DNA from: the human T2T-CHM13v2.0 reference genome, Homo sapiens
NCBI RefSeq assembly: GCF_009914755.1
Contig: NC_060926.1
Strand: one strand, 5' to 3'
Length of the DNA: 64,000 nucleotides
Both the position numbers and the translations under genes were made by a program. The notes beneath the pieces are model-generated. The model ran no database searches. It was not told the origin of the DNA and saw nothing but the letters and a program-made list of their open reading frames with translations. Of the stretch, positions 36,187 through 49,205 are shown piece after piece. Position 1 is the stretch's first letter, and each line of letters opens with the position of its first letter.

Positions 36187-38466
36187 GGAAGGCTTCACTT
36201 CATGAACTACGCTTTAGTTTTGGCACAGTATTTTTTTAAGGAAAGAAAAAGAAGGCAAACCCATTTCCTTGGAAGAGATGCTTGGGCCATGCGGAGTTCA
36301 GGATCCATCTTGGCAATTGTAGGAGGGTCTGGAGCCTAGAGCCCCCCATCTGGGGTCTGGAGGGACCCCATAAAACGAGGGAAACTGGAAAAATATCTGT
36401 GAAAATGGCAAGACCTAGAACTACTTCTCACACATTCCCTGATGAAACCTGGTGGGCGGCACGTAAGACACTAGCAATTGCCCCAGGGTTACAGGAAGGT
36501 GGTTCATTGACCTCATGGAGAGATACCAGCAGGAGGATGAGCCAGTGTGAGGAACACTTGAGAGGCAGTGCCCGGTCTCCCCTCATCCTGTGAAGGGCTG
36601 CCTGCTCCTCCCACAGCCCCCAGGCCCAGCCCTCTTCCCCCCAAGGGAGGATAATTAAATGTCTCCAAGCCTCCTGTCATCTCCCAGGAAGAAGAGGGCT
36701 GGGGGCATTTCCAGGGGCCTCCCACCTGTCTGCCTGTGCGGAGACAGCTCTGTGCTCCTCCGGAGAGCACATTCCCAGTTGACTTGAAAGGGGATTTCAC
36801 CCATCCCTCAATCAGAGGTGGAAGTTCCCCCTAAATGCTTTTCTCACTTGGAGCAGCCCAAAATGTAGCTATAGAGAGGATGTCAGTTTCCAAAAGGAAA
36901 AAAACAAAACAAGGATTGGGAGGCTCTATGCTTAGTCATTTTCGTTTCTGAGGCTATCGCTATCGGCCAGCCGGGCTCGGCGCCAGGGCCGCCGTAATCA
37001 TGATTTTATTCTACACTCCCAACAACTGGCCAGAAACGTTGATTGCTCCGACTTCAGGTGACACCTGTGAGGTCCCGTGAGTCCAAATTGCCTGTGGTCA
37101 CGCGGCTAAAGAGACGTCAGTGCAGTCAGAGAGGGACTCCAGCTTGGGCCCAAGGGACTGCACAGCCCTCCGCCTCCCTCTCCACTTGCCAAGAGGGCCC
37201 TGTGCCTGCGGCCCTGAGGGCCAGTGTCCGTCCCCAAGGAGCGAGGATGGAGCCCACCACTGCCAACCCTTCACTCCAGCTTAGCCTCTAGGTCACTTCC
37301 CTGGCACAAAGGTAGATTGCAGGTGAAGGAAAGACCAGCCCTGCTGGGGCGCCTGCTGGCAGCCACACATCTTCTCCCCAAACACAAAGTATTATGCCTG
37401 TTGTCAAGGGCTTGGTTGGGAAGATGGGGACTGTGCTTGCAATAGCGGCAGCCCAGACCCGGGAGAGGTGCAAATATTAATATATCTAGGCCGGGCTTCT
37501 GCTGGTGCGTCTGTTAGCGAAGTTGTCACTAGAAGCCAAGGGCTTTGTCTGTTGTAGTCCCATTGCTGGATTCAGCAGAATGGGTCTGACCTTGGAGCAC
37601 CAGCCCCAGGAGAGGCCCCACGGAGGCTGTCGGGCAGCCAGGTTGCAGGTAGACTGGAGCCGTAGGGAAGCATCCGCAGCTTGCACCCACACCTTGCTCC
37701 AGAGTGGGTAGCAAGTGCGAGCCAGATTCCTCCCCCTCCTTCGCTTCAGTCTCCCTGGCCACATGGCCAAGTGCAGGCTGCTGAGCCTGCCGGAAAGGCC
37801 CTCCACGGCTCCAAAGACCTCTCCAGCGTCATCTCCCATGCTGCTACCCTCAGCCCTCCCTAGCACCGAACGCTCCCTGCTGTGCACAGGTGTTTCCTGT
37901 TGTCCCTGTCGCCCTTCCCCCAGTCCTCCACCTGTCAGAACGCTGCCCCCACACTCTCCTCCTCGGAGGTGACACTGCCCCCACACAGCCTAGGGAGGGG
38001 CCTGGCTCTGTGGGGCAGAATCTGGGCTGTGGAGATCCTATGGTCAACCCACCTCACTCCACACAAGGAAAGCATCTCAGGAGGTCATGTGACCATCGGG
38101 AGTCACATGTGGGAACGAGGCTCCTGATCCTGTCTCTACACTCACTTTCCAGCTCTGTTCCAACTCCATCAACCCTCACCCACGACTGCCCACAGGTGTA
38201 GGCCCAACCAAGTCAGAGGTGAGGATTGAGAGATGAGACTGAAAGACAGCCCCAGGAACAGCTTCCCGTCACCCATGTGTGGTGTGGCAGGCATCAGAAC
38301 AAGGCCGGGGCTCGCCAGCCCCAAGTGCTTTGCCCATAGTCTCCTGTTCATGTCAAACCTTTGTGGAAGCCTCTTGGCCTTTTAAAGACCTGAAGTTCAC
38401 AGCCAGACTGAGGGATCCTCTGCTTCTCATGAAGCTGGGAGCACACCATACACGCACAAGACCTTA

Positions 38467-38516
38467 GTGCATGCGTGCATGTGCCTGTGTGTGTGTGTGT
38501 GTGCGTGTGTGTGTGA
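38467..38516. repeat. (TG)n/(CG) alternating purine-pyrimidine tract
   Basis: directly visible. Confidence 0.85.
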
Positions 38517-41500
38517 ACAGATTCTTTCTTGCCCTCTGAGTGAAAGGACGAGGACTACTGCATGCTGCCTCCCTTTGTAGCTGATCACCTTCCGCAAAAA
38601 TCTGCTTCACAGCCAGCAAGGCAGGGGCCATAGACTGCTCCACTTCCCGTGCCTGGAAACACCAGCCGCGTTCTGGCCCTGGGACCAGATGGGCATAGAA
38701 CATGTGGGGGAGGAGGCCCCAAACATCCTCAAGAGCTGGCTGCTCAGAGCACAGGCAGAGATGGCAGAGGGACGGACCGAGAGTTGGCCTCTCTCAATGA
38801 CCGACTCTGTGTCCAGCTTGTGCACATTTCCCAGAAACCTGAAGCTCGAGCGCCTAAGTGGCTTGTCCAGGCTCTCCACTGACCCGCGGCACAGTGGCTG
38901 GGCCAGGGCATGCACCCCAACCTGGGGAACATGTGCCTCCCTGTTGTGCCTCATGACACCTTTGGGCTGCCCCTTGTGGGACAGTGACCTGAGTTGTGGT
39001 GTGAGTCCCAGGGTGACAGGTTTGTGTTCGGGTCACAGGTGTACCTTCTGGCAGCCGGGGCAGTGCCTGGCACATAGTTGGTACATAACGAATGTTTATG
39101 GGATGGACCCACTCTGTGCACGGTGCTGTGCCCTGGGGTGGCCACACCCAGAACTTCTCGTCCTCAAATTCTGCATGTGGCTGTCTTGTCTGTTGATGAT
39201 GGGGTCCGTGTCTCACCTCCATGCCCTGTACCTAGCTGCCAGTGGCTGCCAGCACAGAGAAGTGCCCTCTCTAAATGCTCACATTGAATACTTGAGCCCC
39301 TAATGGCATCCTTCGTGAGGAAGCTCAGACTCCTTGGTCAGAAAGTTCCAGTAATGAGCATCTGCCCAGCTGGGATGCACCTCTGCAGAGCTCTGCCTTT
39401 GATCCTGGGCCCCTGCCCGGCCCAGTGAGGGAAGACCCTCAGGCCAGCCACAGACCTGGGGTTGTGTCTGGGGGCCTGTTTCCACGGAGCTACACCCATG
39501 TGGCTCACCCTCTCTGCCTTCCCTCCTGGGGCAGCCCCACTGTGGCCCAGAAGCTGGAGCCCCAGGATCTAGCCTGCGATGCGTGCCCTCTGCAGGCTGC
39601 TCCTCTCGTTCTCTGGCCTGTTTGCCTCCCTAGAAAGGGAGAAGGGTGCTCTTTCCTTTGGTCACAGAACATCCCTCCACATCTCCCAGAACCAGTGTGT
39701 TGAAGGATACCCTTTGAGAACTGTTGGCCCTGGTATTTTCTTCCTTTTTTTAAAAATGTTCTTTTTAAAAGTGTCATTACTATAAATTTTTTCTAACACA
39801 CAGAAAAATAAATTCTATCATCAAAATAACCACTACATACACGTTCTTAGTATTTCGCATTTTGTTAAACCTTTTAAACGTGTCAGACACGCAGACGCGT
39901 TTCCCTGAAGACTTCATCATGCAGCTCCAAAAATAAAATAACCACAATGTGATTTCCACACCTGACAAAATCACCAAGCATTTTCTAAGCTCCCCCCTAA
40001 AGCTTTCCACCACCCTGTTTTGTGGAGGGAGGAAGAGAAGGCCTGGCCAGCTCCCAAACACCTCAGGGCACCAGAGTGGAGCTGGAGCGGGTGTCCCTGC
40101 TGCCACCTTAACTGAGTCCCTCCCTGTTAGCCCCCAGTCTCTCCTCGGCATGATGGATCACAAGGCTTTGCCTGCTCTCTGCCCTCCCAGTGCGGGCAGG
40201 AAGCACTGAGAGGTTTCCAGAGATTTTCCCTGAGCAGAGCCAGGGCAAGGCCGGCAGGTGAGGGCTCCGCAGCCCAGCCACAGGCGGCACGGTGGGGGCT
40301 CACTTCAGAGTAGGGGACGCACTGAGAGCAGGCAGCATGTGCTGTGCAATGGTGCTGGGAGATGGGAGGGGATGCTTCCGTTTCCTTTAACATTCGCAGC
40401 CCTTTCTCCATAGCCCCTCCTCCGTAGCCCCTCACCTGCTCTCTGCTTCCAGTGGGTCCTGGCCATGTCCCGCCTTCCTCCTGGGGGATAGTCTGAGGTG
40501 ACACCAACCCTGGGATACACAGTCCCCTCCCCTCCCACCCCCACTGCACTTTCTGAGGAAAGAGGGCACCTCAGAGGCCAAGAATGTGTGAACCCACAGG
40601 GCCAGAGGGTCCCAGCCTCACCCGCTGTAGCCTGGTTTGCCGCAAAAGCCCACTCACGTATCGCTTGCCTCCAGTCTCGGCCATTTTCTACATAACAAAG
40701 GGATTTGTCAAAAGAACCCCCAGCTTGAGCAAGGCATCGCCTTGCTTAAACCCCCAGTGCCCTCGGGGTGAGGCCCAAACTCCTTGGCATCCCTTGGAAG
40801 CTTCTCTCCCTGTGCTCACACGGGGTGCTTTGGTGGCAAGTGACCAGGAAATCTGAGCCACACTGACTTAAAGCTAAGAGAAGGTGGACTTCAGGCTGGG
40901 CTCCATCCAGGGGCTCGGCTCCCTTCTCTGCAGTTGTCCCAGCTCTGCCTCCTCCACACGTGGGCTGGTAGAAAGACAGCTGCAGCAGGCATGTGCCTCA
41001 CCTCTCCAGCGGCACCCAGAGCCGGGAGAGGCACTGCCTCCTGCAGCCTGCTCCAGAGCGAAGAAAGCATTCCCCAAAGCCCCCTGCAGATAGCCCTTAC
41101 TTTTCACTGGCAGACATTGGATGATATGCTCGTATTTTAGTCCATTCTTGTGTGCAGGGGACAGCCATTTGCTGAGGCCTGGGTTTCTGCAGCGCTCACA
41201 CAGGGTCAAGATTACTGTGACTGGCTTGGACTATTCAGATCCTGTGCCAGGTGTCAATCCCCAGACTGCATGGGGTGAGGGTGGGCTGAATGGTGGGATG
41301 GTGGGGAGACTCCACGGCCCTCTCCTTTGTCTACGCAATACTCACACACACATGCAGTTCATTTTTATTAAGCATCTACTATCTGCTGGGTGTCATTCTA
41401 GCACCTGGGGGTAGCACAGTGAATGACAAAGCACAAAGCCATGCCTGATGGAGTGTGTACAATATGTAGTCTTCAATGTCCACATGGGCTGACACACCTT

Positions 41501-43128
41501 TCATATATACATGAAATTCAAACATCTTCCCCAAGGCAGACTCGGAGGCACGGGCAGTCATTGTCTCCAGGCGGCCCACCAGGCCTTTGCAAAATGCCTC
41601 TGTCCCCTTCAGGTCTGGATGTCGAGCCTCAGGGTTTGACGATTTCTGGTCACAGAAAATCATCTCTACCCACACACTCGAAGTACCCAGTGTTGGAGAA
41701 AGGGCAGGAAAATGATGTTCAAAGTTTACATTTGGAAAACAGGCAGCCTAGTTGGCCCTGGCCCATAGCACTTATCATACACTGGGGAAAAAAGCACTGC
41801 TTCCAAAACAGCCGGGCACTCTTTGCTTCTGCACTTTGGGAAAATATCCCTGGTCCACTCTCCTACCCTGTCCTTGGTCTGTCCCCTGGGAGACTTCCTT
41901 CATGACTGTCCTCCAACATGGCGATGAGGGTCCCTGCCAGGCCCGCATGGGTCTAGCAGCCAGGAGCAGGTCTGGGGCCCACCTTCTGCGTTGCGTAGAC
42001 CAGGCTTTGGTCGGCTGTGTTGAGGATTTCTTTGACACCTCTCCCTTCAATGCTTAGTAGGCTTCCTGCTGATTCTGTGATTTCCAGGAGATACAAGATC
42101 TTGTCCAGCCTTTTTCCCGTGGGAACACCTCTGTCCCAGCAGCAAGACTCTGCACCTGCCCATCCCCGCTGGACCTCAGCTTAATGGCCTCTCTCTTCAT
42201 CTTGTTAGGCTAGGAGTGTGCCCCCTTATCTCCCATTGGCAACTCTTGGCTCCCTTCTGCTAGCATGATTTTTTGTGTAGAATTTGACCCTAGCAAACAC
42301 CCCATGGCTGCTCACTGGCCAGAACTGGGACATTCCTGTGGCTGGGGCCAGCCATGCCCTGACTGGAGTAGGGCTGGGTTCTGGTCACCATGTGGGAATT
42401 ACAGCAAGGAGGAGAGGATGCTGAGGAGAGATGGCTGTGGTGCTGCCGAGGACTGCGGGGCAGGCAGCAGCATCGCCGCACCCAGACTTTCCTTACACCT
42501 CTTGGCAATTACTGTGCTGCTCCTGCCAGGGAGGACAAGGCGCAACAGCCCCATGGTTCATGGTTATGCTTTGAGGCACATCTTCTTGGTCACCTCCCCC
42601 AGGAAGCCTTCTCTGACCACACAGTCTGGGCGTGCTGTCCTTCTCTGAGTTCCCTGGCCTCTTCTGATCAGAGCGCCTAGCTCCTTGTCTTGTCACTGCT
42701 GCCTGTCTTCCCTCCCCCGACCCCCCTACCCATGTTAGTGCCTCAGGCCACGGGCTGTGTCAGGTCTCCCTGCCTCACAGAATTGACTAGAAGCACACTG
42801 CACATTTCGGGGAGATGTGTTTCCAAGAAGCCCTAAGCCCAGCCTGGCCCAGGGCCTCAGTGTGTGTGCAGTGAGTGAAGAGGTTGGTAAGGGGCTGAGC
42901 AGGGCTTCATGGGAGGGCCTGGCTGCTGTTGGAGCAGGGAGGGCCAGAAGCTCCTGCCCAGCAAGGAGGGGTCCCCTAAAGGCACTCACCTGTGTGTTGG
43001 CACCTGCTACCATCTCTGAGGCAGAGGAGAGGGGACATGAGCTTTGCAGTAGCTCTGTGTGTGCCCATGCACAGGGCTTCTCTCCATGCCTCACTGGGAT
43101 GAGTCCTGGGTGTGACTGGAGCCAGGGT

Positions 43129-43240
43129 GGGATTTGGGGAGCTCCCAGGGAGGGATTTGGGGAGCTCCCAGGTGGGATTTGAGGAGCTCCCAGGTGGGAT
43201 TTGGGGAGCTCCCAGGGAGGGATTTGGGGAGCTCCCAGGG
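43129..43240. repeat. G-rich minisatellite, 22-23-bp unit (gggatttggggagctcccagg[g][a/t]) x5
   Basis: directly visible. Confidence 0.92.
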
Positions 43241-43613
43241 TGTGTCCCCAGCCCTGCCTCTGTCCCAGGAACACTCTGTCAGAGGGGGTCCACCGACAGC
43301 TTGATAGGAGTCCACTAGCGAAGAACAAACACCCTTTCTGGTTTGGAGATCTCTGGTATCCCAGGACCTGGAGTCAACAAAGGAGATCCCATTTCTTGCT
43401 TATTTGGAACCATTAGAAGTCTTTCCAGACATTCTTCAAAAAGCTCCCCCTGAAACACACATCCGAGGGATCACCCCTCTGCCTAAAGCCTTCCATGGCT
43501 CCCCATTACCCTGGGGGAACATTTGAGCTGTTCAGAGTGTCTCCCACACTTCACTGTCTGCACCACCCTCCTCTCCAGCACTCCACATGATCACAACCAT
43601 GTGAAGCTGGAAG

Positions 43614-43841
43614 TCAGGGTTTCTCAAACTCGGCACTAGTGACACTTTGGATATGATAGTTTTTTGTTTGGGGGCTTGGTTGGGGGCTGCGTTGTGAGTT
43701 GTAGAATGTTTAGCAGTCCCCCTGGCCTCTACCCATTAGATGTCAATGGTATTCTCCCCACCGTCCTATGGCGACAACCAAAAAGTCTCCAGACATCGTG
43801 AATGTCCCCCAGGGGCAAAATCACCCAAGCTGAGAACCACT
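43614..43841 (+). mobile_element. MER20 hAT DNA transposon
   Basis: gtttctcaaactcggcactagtgacactttgg...gaatgtttagcag...cctggcctctacccattagatg...gggcaaaatcaccc...gagaaccact. Confidence 0.85.
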
Positions 43842-44184
43842 TCTTTAAAAGCCAGCGGGGCTCGCTCTCTTTTTTCTAAACTCCAGGGGGCTCTGCCTGG
43901 AGCCCGTTGCTCTCTTTGCCCTCTGCCTGCTTAGAGCCTCCCCCAGGTTCGTCAGTGATCAGTTTCGATGTTACCTTCCTTCGGACACCTCTGGGCTGTC
44001 CCCTGCGCCCTGGCCGCCTGGATGGCTCTCCCAGGCTCCCTGGGTAGGGCTGGTCATCTCCTTCTAGAGATGGGGTCACTGAGACTTGAAGAGATGCGTG
44101 ACTTGTCCCAGGCAATACAGAGAAGGCTGCCCTGGAGCCCAGGCTCAAACTCCCTTCCAGCCACAAAATGCGGTCTAGACATGG

Positions 44185-44545
44185 GATGGGACATTATCAT
44201 AGAAGGGAATGCGGTGCTGACATACGGATGAATGAAGCTTGAAAACATCACGCTGAGTGAAAGAAACCAGTCACCACCGTGATTCCATTTATATGAAATG
44301 TCCAGAAACGGCAAGTCTGTAGAGACAGAAAGTGGCTGAGAGGGGAAGAGAAGCAAAGGGAGAAAGGAGAGATAGGGAGGTGATAGCTATGGGGTACAGG
44401 GTTTCTTCCTGGGGTGATGAAAATGTTCTAAAATTGACTGTGGTGATAGTAGCAAGTATCTGTGAATATACTAAAAACCAGTGATTTGTAAACTTTAAAT
44501 GGGTGAATTGCATAGTATGTAAATTATATCTCAAAGCCATTACAA
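44185..44545 (+). mobile_element. L1MB-type 3' UTR
   Basis: ttgaaaacatcacgctgagtgaaagaaaccagtc...ggggtgatgaaaatgttctaaaattgactgtggtga...aattatatctcaa. Confidence 0.8.
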
Positions 44546-44719
44546 CACACATTCACACACACATACACATACACACAAACCTTGACTAGAGATTGCAAAT
44601 TTATCATGCTATCCATTTTATTGTAAAAAGAATTTTTTTTTCCAAAACCCTTCCACCTATTTATTTGTATATGGTTTTGAAGTGAGATGATTACATTTCT
44701 GGTAGTCTAGTGCCTTCAA

Positions 44720-44915
44720 CTAATGGTTCCCAAACTTTCAGTGTGTGTTAGCATCGCACGCATGGCTTGATTTGCTGAAAGACACAAAGCTAAGCCTGTC
44801 CCAGGGCTTCTGATTCAGTGGGCCTGGGGTCAGCCCGAGGGTCTGCCTTTTTAACACACACACAGACAGGTAGCCTGATGCTGCTGGTCCCTGGATAGCA
44901 CTTTGAGAACCAGTG
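44720..44915. mobile_element. MER5A DNA transposon
   Basis: tggttcccaaactttcag...ttctgattcagtgggcctgggg...gctgctggtccctggatagcactttgagaaccag. Confidence 0.7.
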
Positions 44916-44988
44916 CCTTGCTGAGTTCTCATATTAGTTCTAATGACTGTTCAGCTGCTTTCCTTTGATTTATAGGTTTCAAAAATCA

Positions 44989-45150
<162 letters not shown>

Positions 45151-45343
45151 ATCATATTATCTGCAAAGGACAGTTTTGTTTCTTCACTCCTACAATTAAG
45201 TGCCATTGTGTCTTGCTTTTCTGCATAGGCTGGGATCTCTGTAGCCTGTGGTTTTCAGCATCTTTTCTCTGGTGATGTCTGCTTCTGGTAGATCTCAAGT
45301 TAAGGAAGCTTCGTTCATTTCTAGGTTTCAAAAAGTTGTTTAA

Positions 45344-45681
<338 letters not shown>

Positions 45682-46039
45682 CTCTCCATTATCTATTGGA
45701 ATGATATATTTTCATGTATTTTATATGTCTTTAATGTATTTCTGTGAAGATTAATGATGAAATGATTTCCTAATGTTTACATACCCTTCCATTCTTGGAG
45801 TAAAAGCTATATGGTCATAATGCATTTTTATTTTAATTCGTGGCCAGATTCTGCTTGCTAATGTTTTATTTAAGATCGTTGCCTAAATATTGTTGAGTGA
45901 GATTGGCTTATAGTTTTCTAGTTTTGGGCTATCTTCTTCAGGTGTTGGTATCTGGGTTACACTAGCCTCATGAAATGAGACAGACAACTTTATCTCTTAG
46001 TCCATACTTTGGAACAGAACATGGTAATTACTCCCAATC

Positions 46040-46540
46040 CTTTGAGGCTCAAATTCTTAACCCAGCCCACAGGGCCCACAAGGCATGTGTCCACCACCTA
46101 CCTCCCAGCCTCCCTGTCTATTGCTCTCTCTTCTTCTTACTCTACCCTCTCATATCTTGGTTTTCTTTCATTCTCTGGCTCCCCCTGCCACAGGGCTTTT
46201 GCACATGCTGCTCCCTTGATGGAAACATTCTCTCCGCTGTTTAACTTGTTTACGTCCTTCAGATTTGGGTGGAATCCTTGCCTCTTTCCCTGATCTCAAA
46301 TGTGTCTAAGCTACACTCTAACTGCACCTTGTGCCTCTCTTCTGATGCTCATCACACTTGCAATTTTACCTTTTTTTTTAATTTATAGAATTCATATCTG
46401 TCTCTTACACTAGACTGGCAGCTCTTTGAGGACAGGGATTGAGATTCTGCATGCTATTGAACCTCCACCTCCCACCCAAGCATGCTACACACTGTCTGGC
46501 ACATAGTAGGTGCTCAATAAATACGTGATGAATGAATGAA
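46040..46540 (+). mobile_element. L2 LINE 3' end
   Basis: gggcttttgcacatgctgctccct...tagactggcagctctttgaggacaggga...ggcacatagtaggtgctcaataaata...tgaatgaatgaa. Confidence 0.75.
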
Positions 46541-46651
46541 GGCATTTGCCCCTCGCTATGAAGGACCCATTTTAGCTTGCTTATATCAATAACACTTCCC
46601 AGCAGCCCTAATCTCTACCAGGCACATTTTATTAATAAAATGTTTACTTCT
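46498..46651 (+). repeat. 154-bp direct duplication, copy 1 (probable donor)
   Basis: 149/154 identical to 49052-49205. Confidence 0.95.
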
Positions 46652-49051
46652 TCTCTAGTTACCATTACTGCTTTACGTCACATGCTTAAACTTCGGTTTC
46701 TCAGAATATCAGCTCTAGTCGGTATCTCCTGGATTCCCCTATGTGAAAATCCCCTAGGCCCCACTAGATCCCCCTGCCTTTTCTCCCCGCTCACTGCCCA
46801 CTTCCTGGCCCCCACCTCTCATTGCTACATTGACAAGCTTTAAAACACAAACACTCTGTTCTGCGACTATAGTTATTTCTGTGCTTTGACAACCAGCTGA
46901 TTCTAAACAAATTTAAACCAATAATCAGTGTTTTTAATATAATGATTATGCAACTATTCTTCACTGCAGATGCAGAGGATAGAACGGATGGAATCCCGTT
47001 CTCTACATCCGCAGATGTAAATGTCAATTCCATCCATTTCATTCTCTACATCTGATGCCACAGGATGAAGAAGACAGCGTGTAATTTTTACAAATTTCGT
47101 ATTTTGATATGCCTTCTTCTTATCACTAGGATTATGCAGCTTTTTCATTCTAGTGTTTGTTAAAGACAAATGTCCTTTTCCTCTTGGAGACATTCTTTTC
47201 AGGACCTTCTAATTTCCCGATTGGATTTGTACCATTTGCTCTTGGGGTTGGTGGCACAGTTGCCATCCATGATTTCTTTTTCACGTAGCTTCCTGGGTTT
47301 GGTGGATAGTTTCTTAGTTTCTTAGCTACTGCATCATTTTCCTTCTTGGATTCCTTTTTGGATTTGCTGGGAATATACCCTTGGGTGCATCTTTCAGGAT
47401 AGATCTATGGATGATAGACTTTCTGAGTCTGTATGTTTGAATATGCCTTTATTTTGCTTTCACACAGGACTGACAGTTTGGCTGCATGATGCTTTCTGGC
47501 TAATTTATCTGAAGTCAATCTGCTTTCTGTTCCTTTTCAGGTCATTCGGTTTTCCATCCTGGAGGCTTTTAGAATTCTCTGTATCTTTGGAATTCTGAAA
47601 CTCTTTCACAACCTGAAATTTCACCTAGAAAGTAAACTTTTTCCACTGAACACTTGGCAGGGACTTTTACTTTGAAGACTCAAATCTTTCTTTAGCCCAG
47701 AGAAATTTACTTCTACTGTTGCTTTCTTTCTCTCCTGCATTTCTTCTGTTTTCTTACCCAAGCACTCTTATTGACTTAGTGTGCGTGTGTATGTTTTATT
47801 TTGTGTTTTTGTTTTGTTTTGTTTTTTTGCCTTTTTGCTCTATGTTTGAAGATTTTGTTGGCTTTATCTATCTTTATCTATAGATATAGATTATCTATAT
47901 CTATATTGTTGGTTTGGTGTTCAACTGTGTTCATCTTATCATTCATCTAATTGACCCTTTTTGGAACTGTGGTTCTTAATTTCCAAGACATCTTTGTTTT
48001 CCTGTTGTTGCTGTTTGGTATCAGCTTATTGTTCCTTCAAACTTGGTTCTCTTATGCAGAACTCCAGGAAGCAGGAGACAATAGTGGTTTTGTGAAGCCT
48101 GAACCTGGAAGACTAAAGTGGGTAGGGGTGAGATCTTTGTAGTGTCTGTGCGAGACAGAGTCTCGCACAGAAAGGCAGAGCTTTGGGCGCAGAAAGCCCA
48201 CAGTTCAAATTCTTCCTTGGGACTGACCAACACGCAGTATGATCTTAACTCAGCTGTAGGCTCAGCTTCCCCATCTGTAAAATGGGAAAAATAATTCCTG
48301 GTGTGTAGGCTTGTGGTGAGGATGAACGGGGATGGTGTGGGCAAAGCTCCCATGGGCCCTGGATGTGTACACTGATTGTGAATGAGTCTTCATCAGTTAA
48401 CCTAGCACACGGCCCCTTTCATCAGAGTGGCAAATTGCCTTTTGTTATTCTTCACCCCGTGAGCTGTCTTGTTTTTTGACTATATATATGTGTATGTATG
48501 TATTTTAGGCATTTCTGGGCAGCTTCTCATGCATATTCAAATTCAAGCAGTTAGGGTTCTGGGAATGATTCATATGTTTGTTGCACAATGTAATCGATCT
48601 TAATATAGCCGTGTCACCAAAGAATGTAATTGCACGCGGGTCTCACCTCCCCCACCATCTGTTTGGGCCAAGGGAGATCAATAATCCCCATAAACTTCTG
48701 CCCCCCAGGCCTAATAGAGACTTGGTTGGCAGGGTTGAGGGATCCCTTTTTATCCCCTGGCTTTTAGTTTTTCATCATCCTTTCTACAGATGACCTGCAG
48801 TCAAGAGGGGAAAGTTGGGGATGCTGTGCATGTCCCTAAGCTCTGGTGACAATTCCTTGTACAGGGCCCATGATTTAGACCAGGTGTGATTGGCCCAGCA
48901 AGGCCCATTCCCGCTGCACCAGACAGAGCTGAGCAGCTGCCACCTGGGGGTGGCGTGGCCCCAGAATGGGGACACAGGATTCTGCAGGGAAGTAGAGCCG
49001 GCTTCAAGCTGTCGCCTGGTTTAAGTCCTTCCTACACCTCTTCAACTGTGA

Positions 49052-49205
49052 GGCACATAGTAGGTGCTCAATAAATACGTGATGAATGAATGAAGGCATT
49101 TGCCCCTCGCTATGAAGAACCCATTTTAGCTTGCTTATGTCAATAACACTTCCCAGCAGCCCTGATCTCTACCAGGCACATTTTATTAACAAAACGTTTA
49201 CTTCT
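49052..49205 (+). repeat. 154-bp direct duplication, copy 2
   Basis: 149/154 identical to 46498-46651. Confidence 0.95.

Noticed and set aside
35752-36339. 195-aa ORF with (SSDLSRVP)n repeats
   Set aside because: Translation of a 24-bp VNTR; non-ATG start and no promoter or splice support
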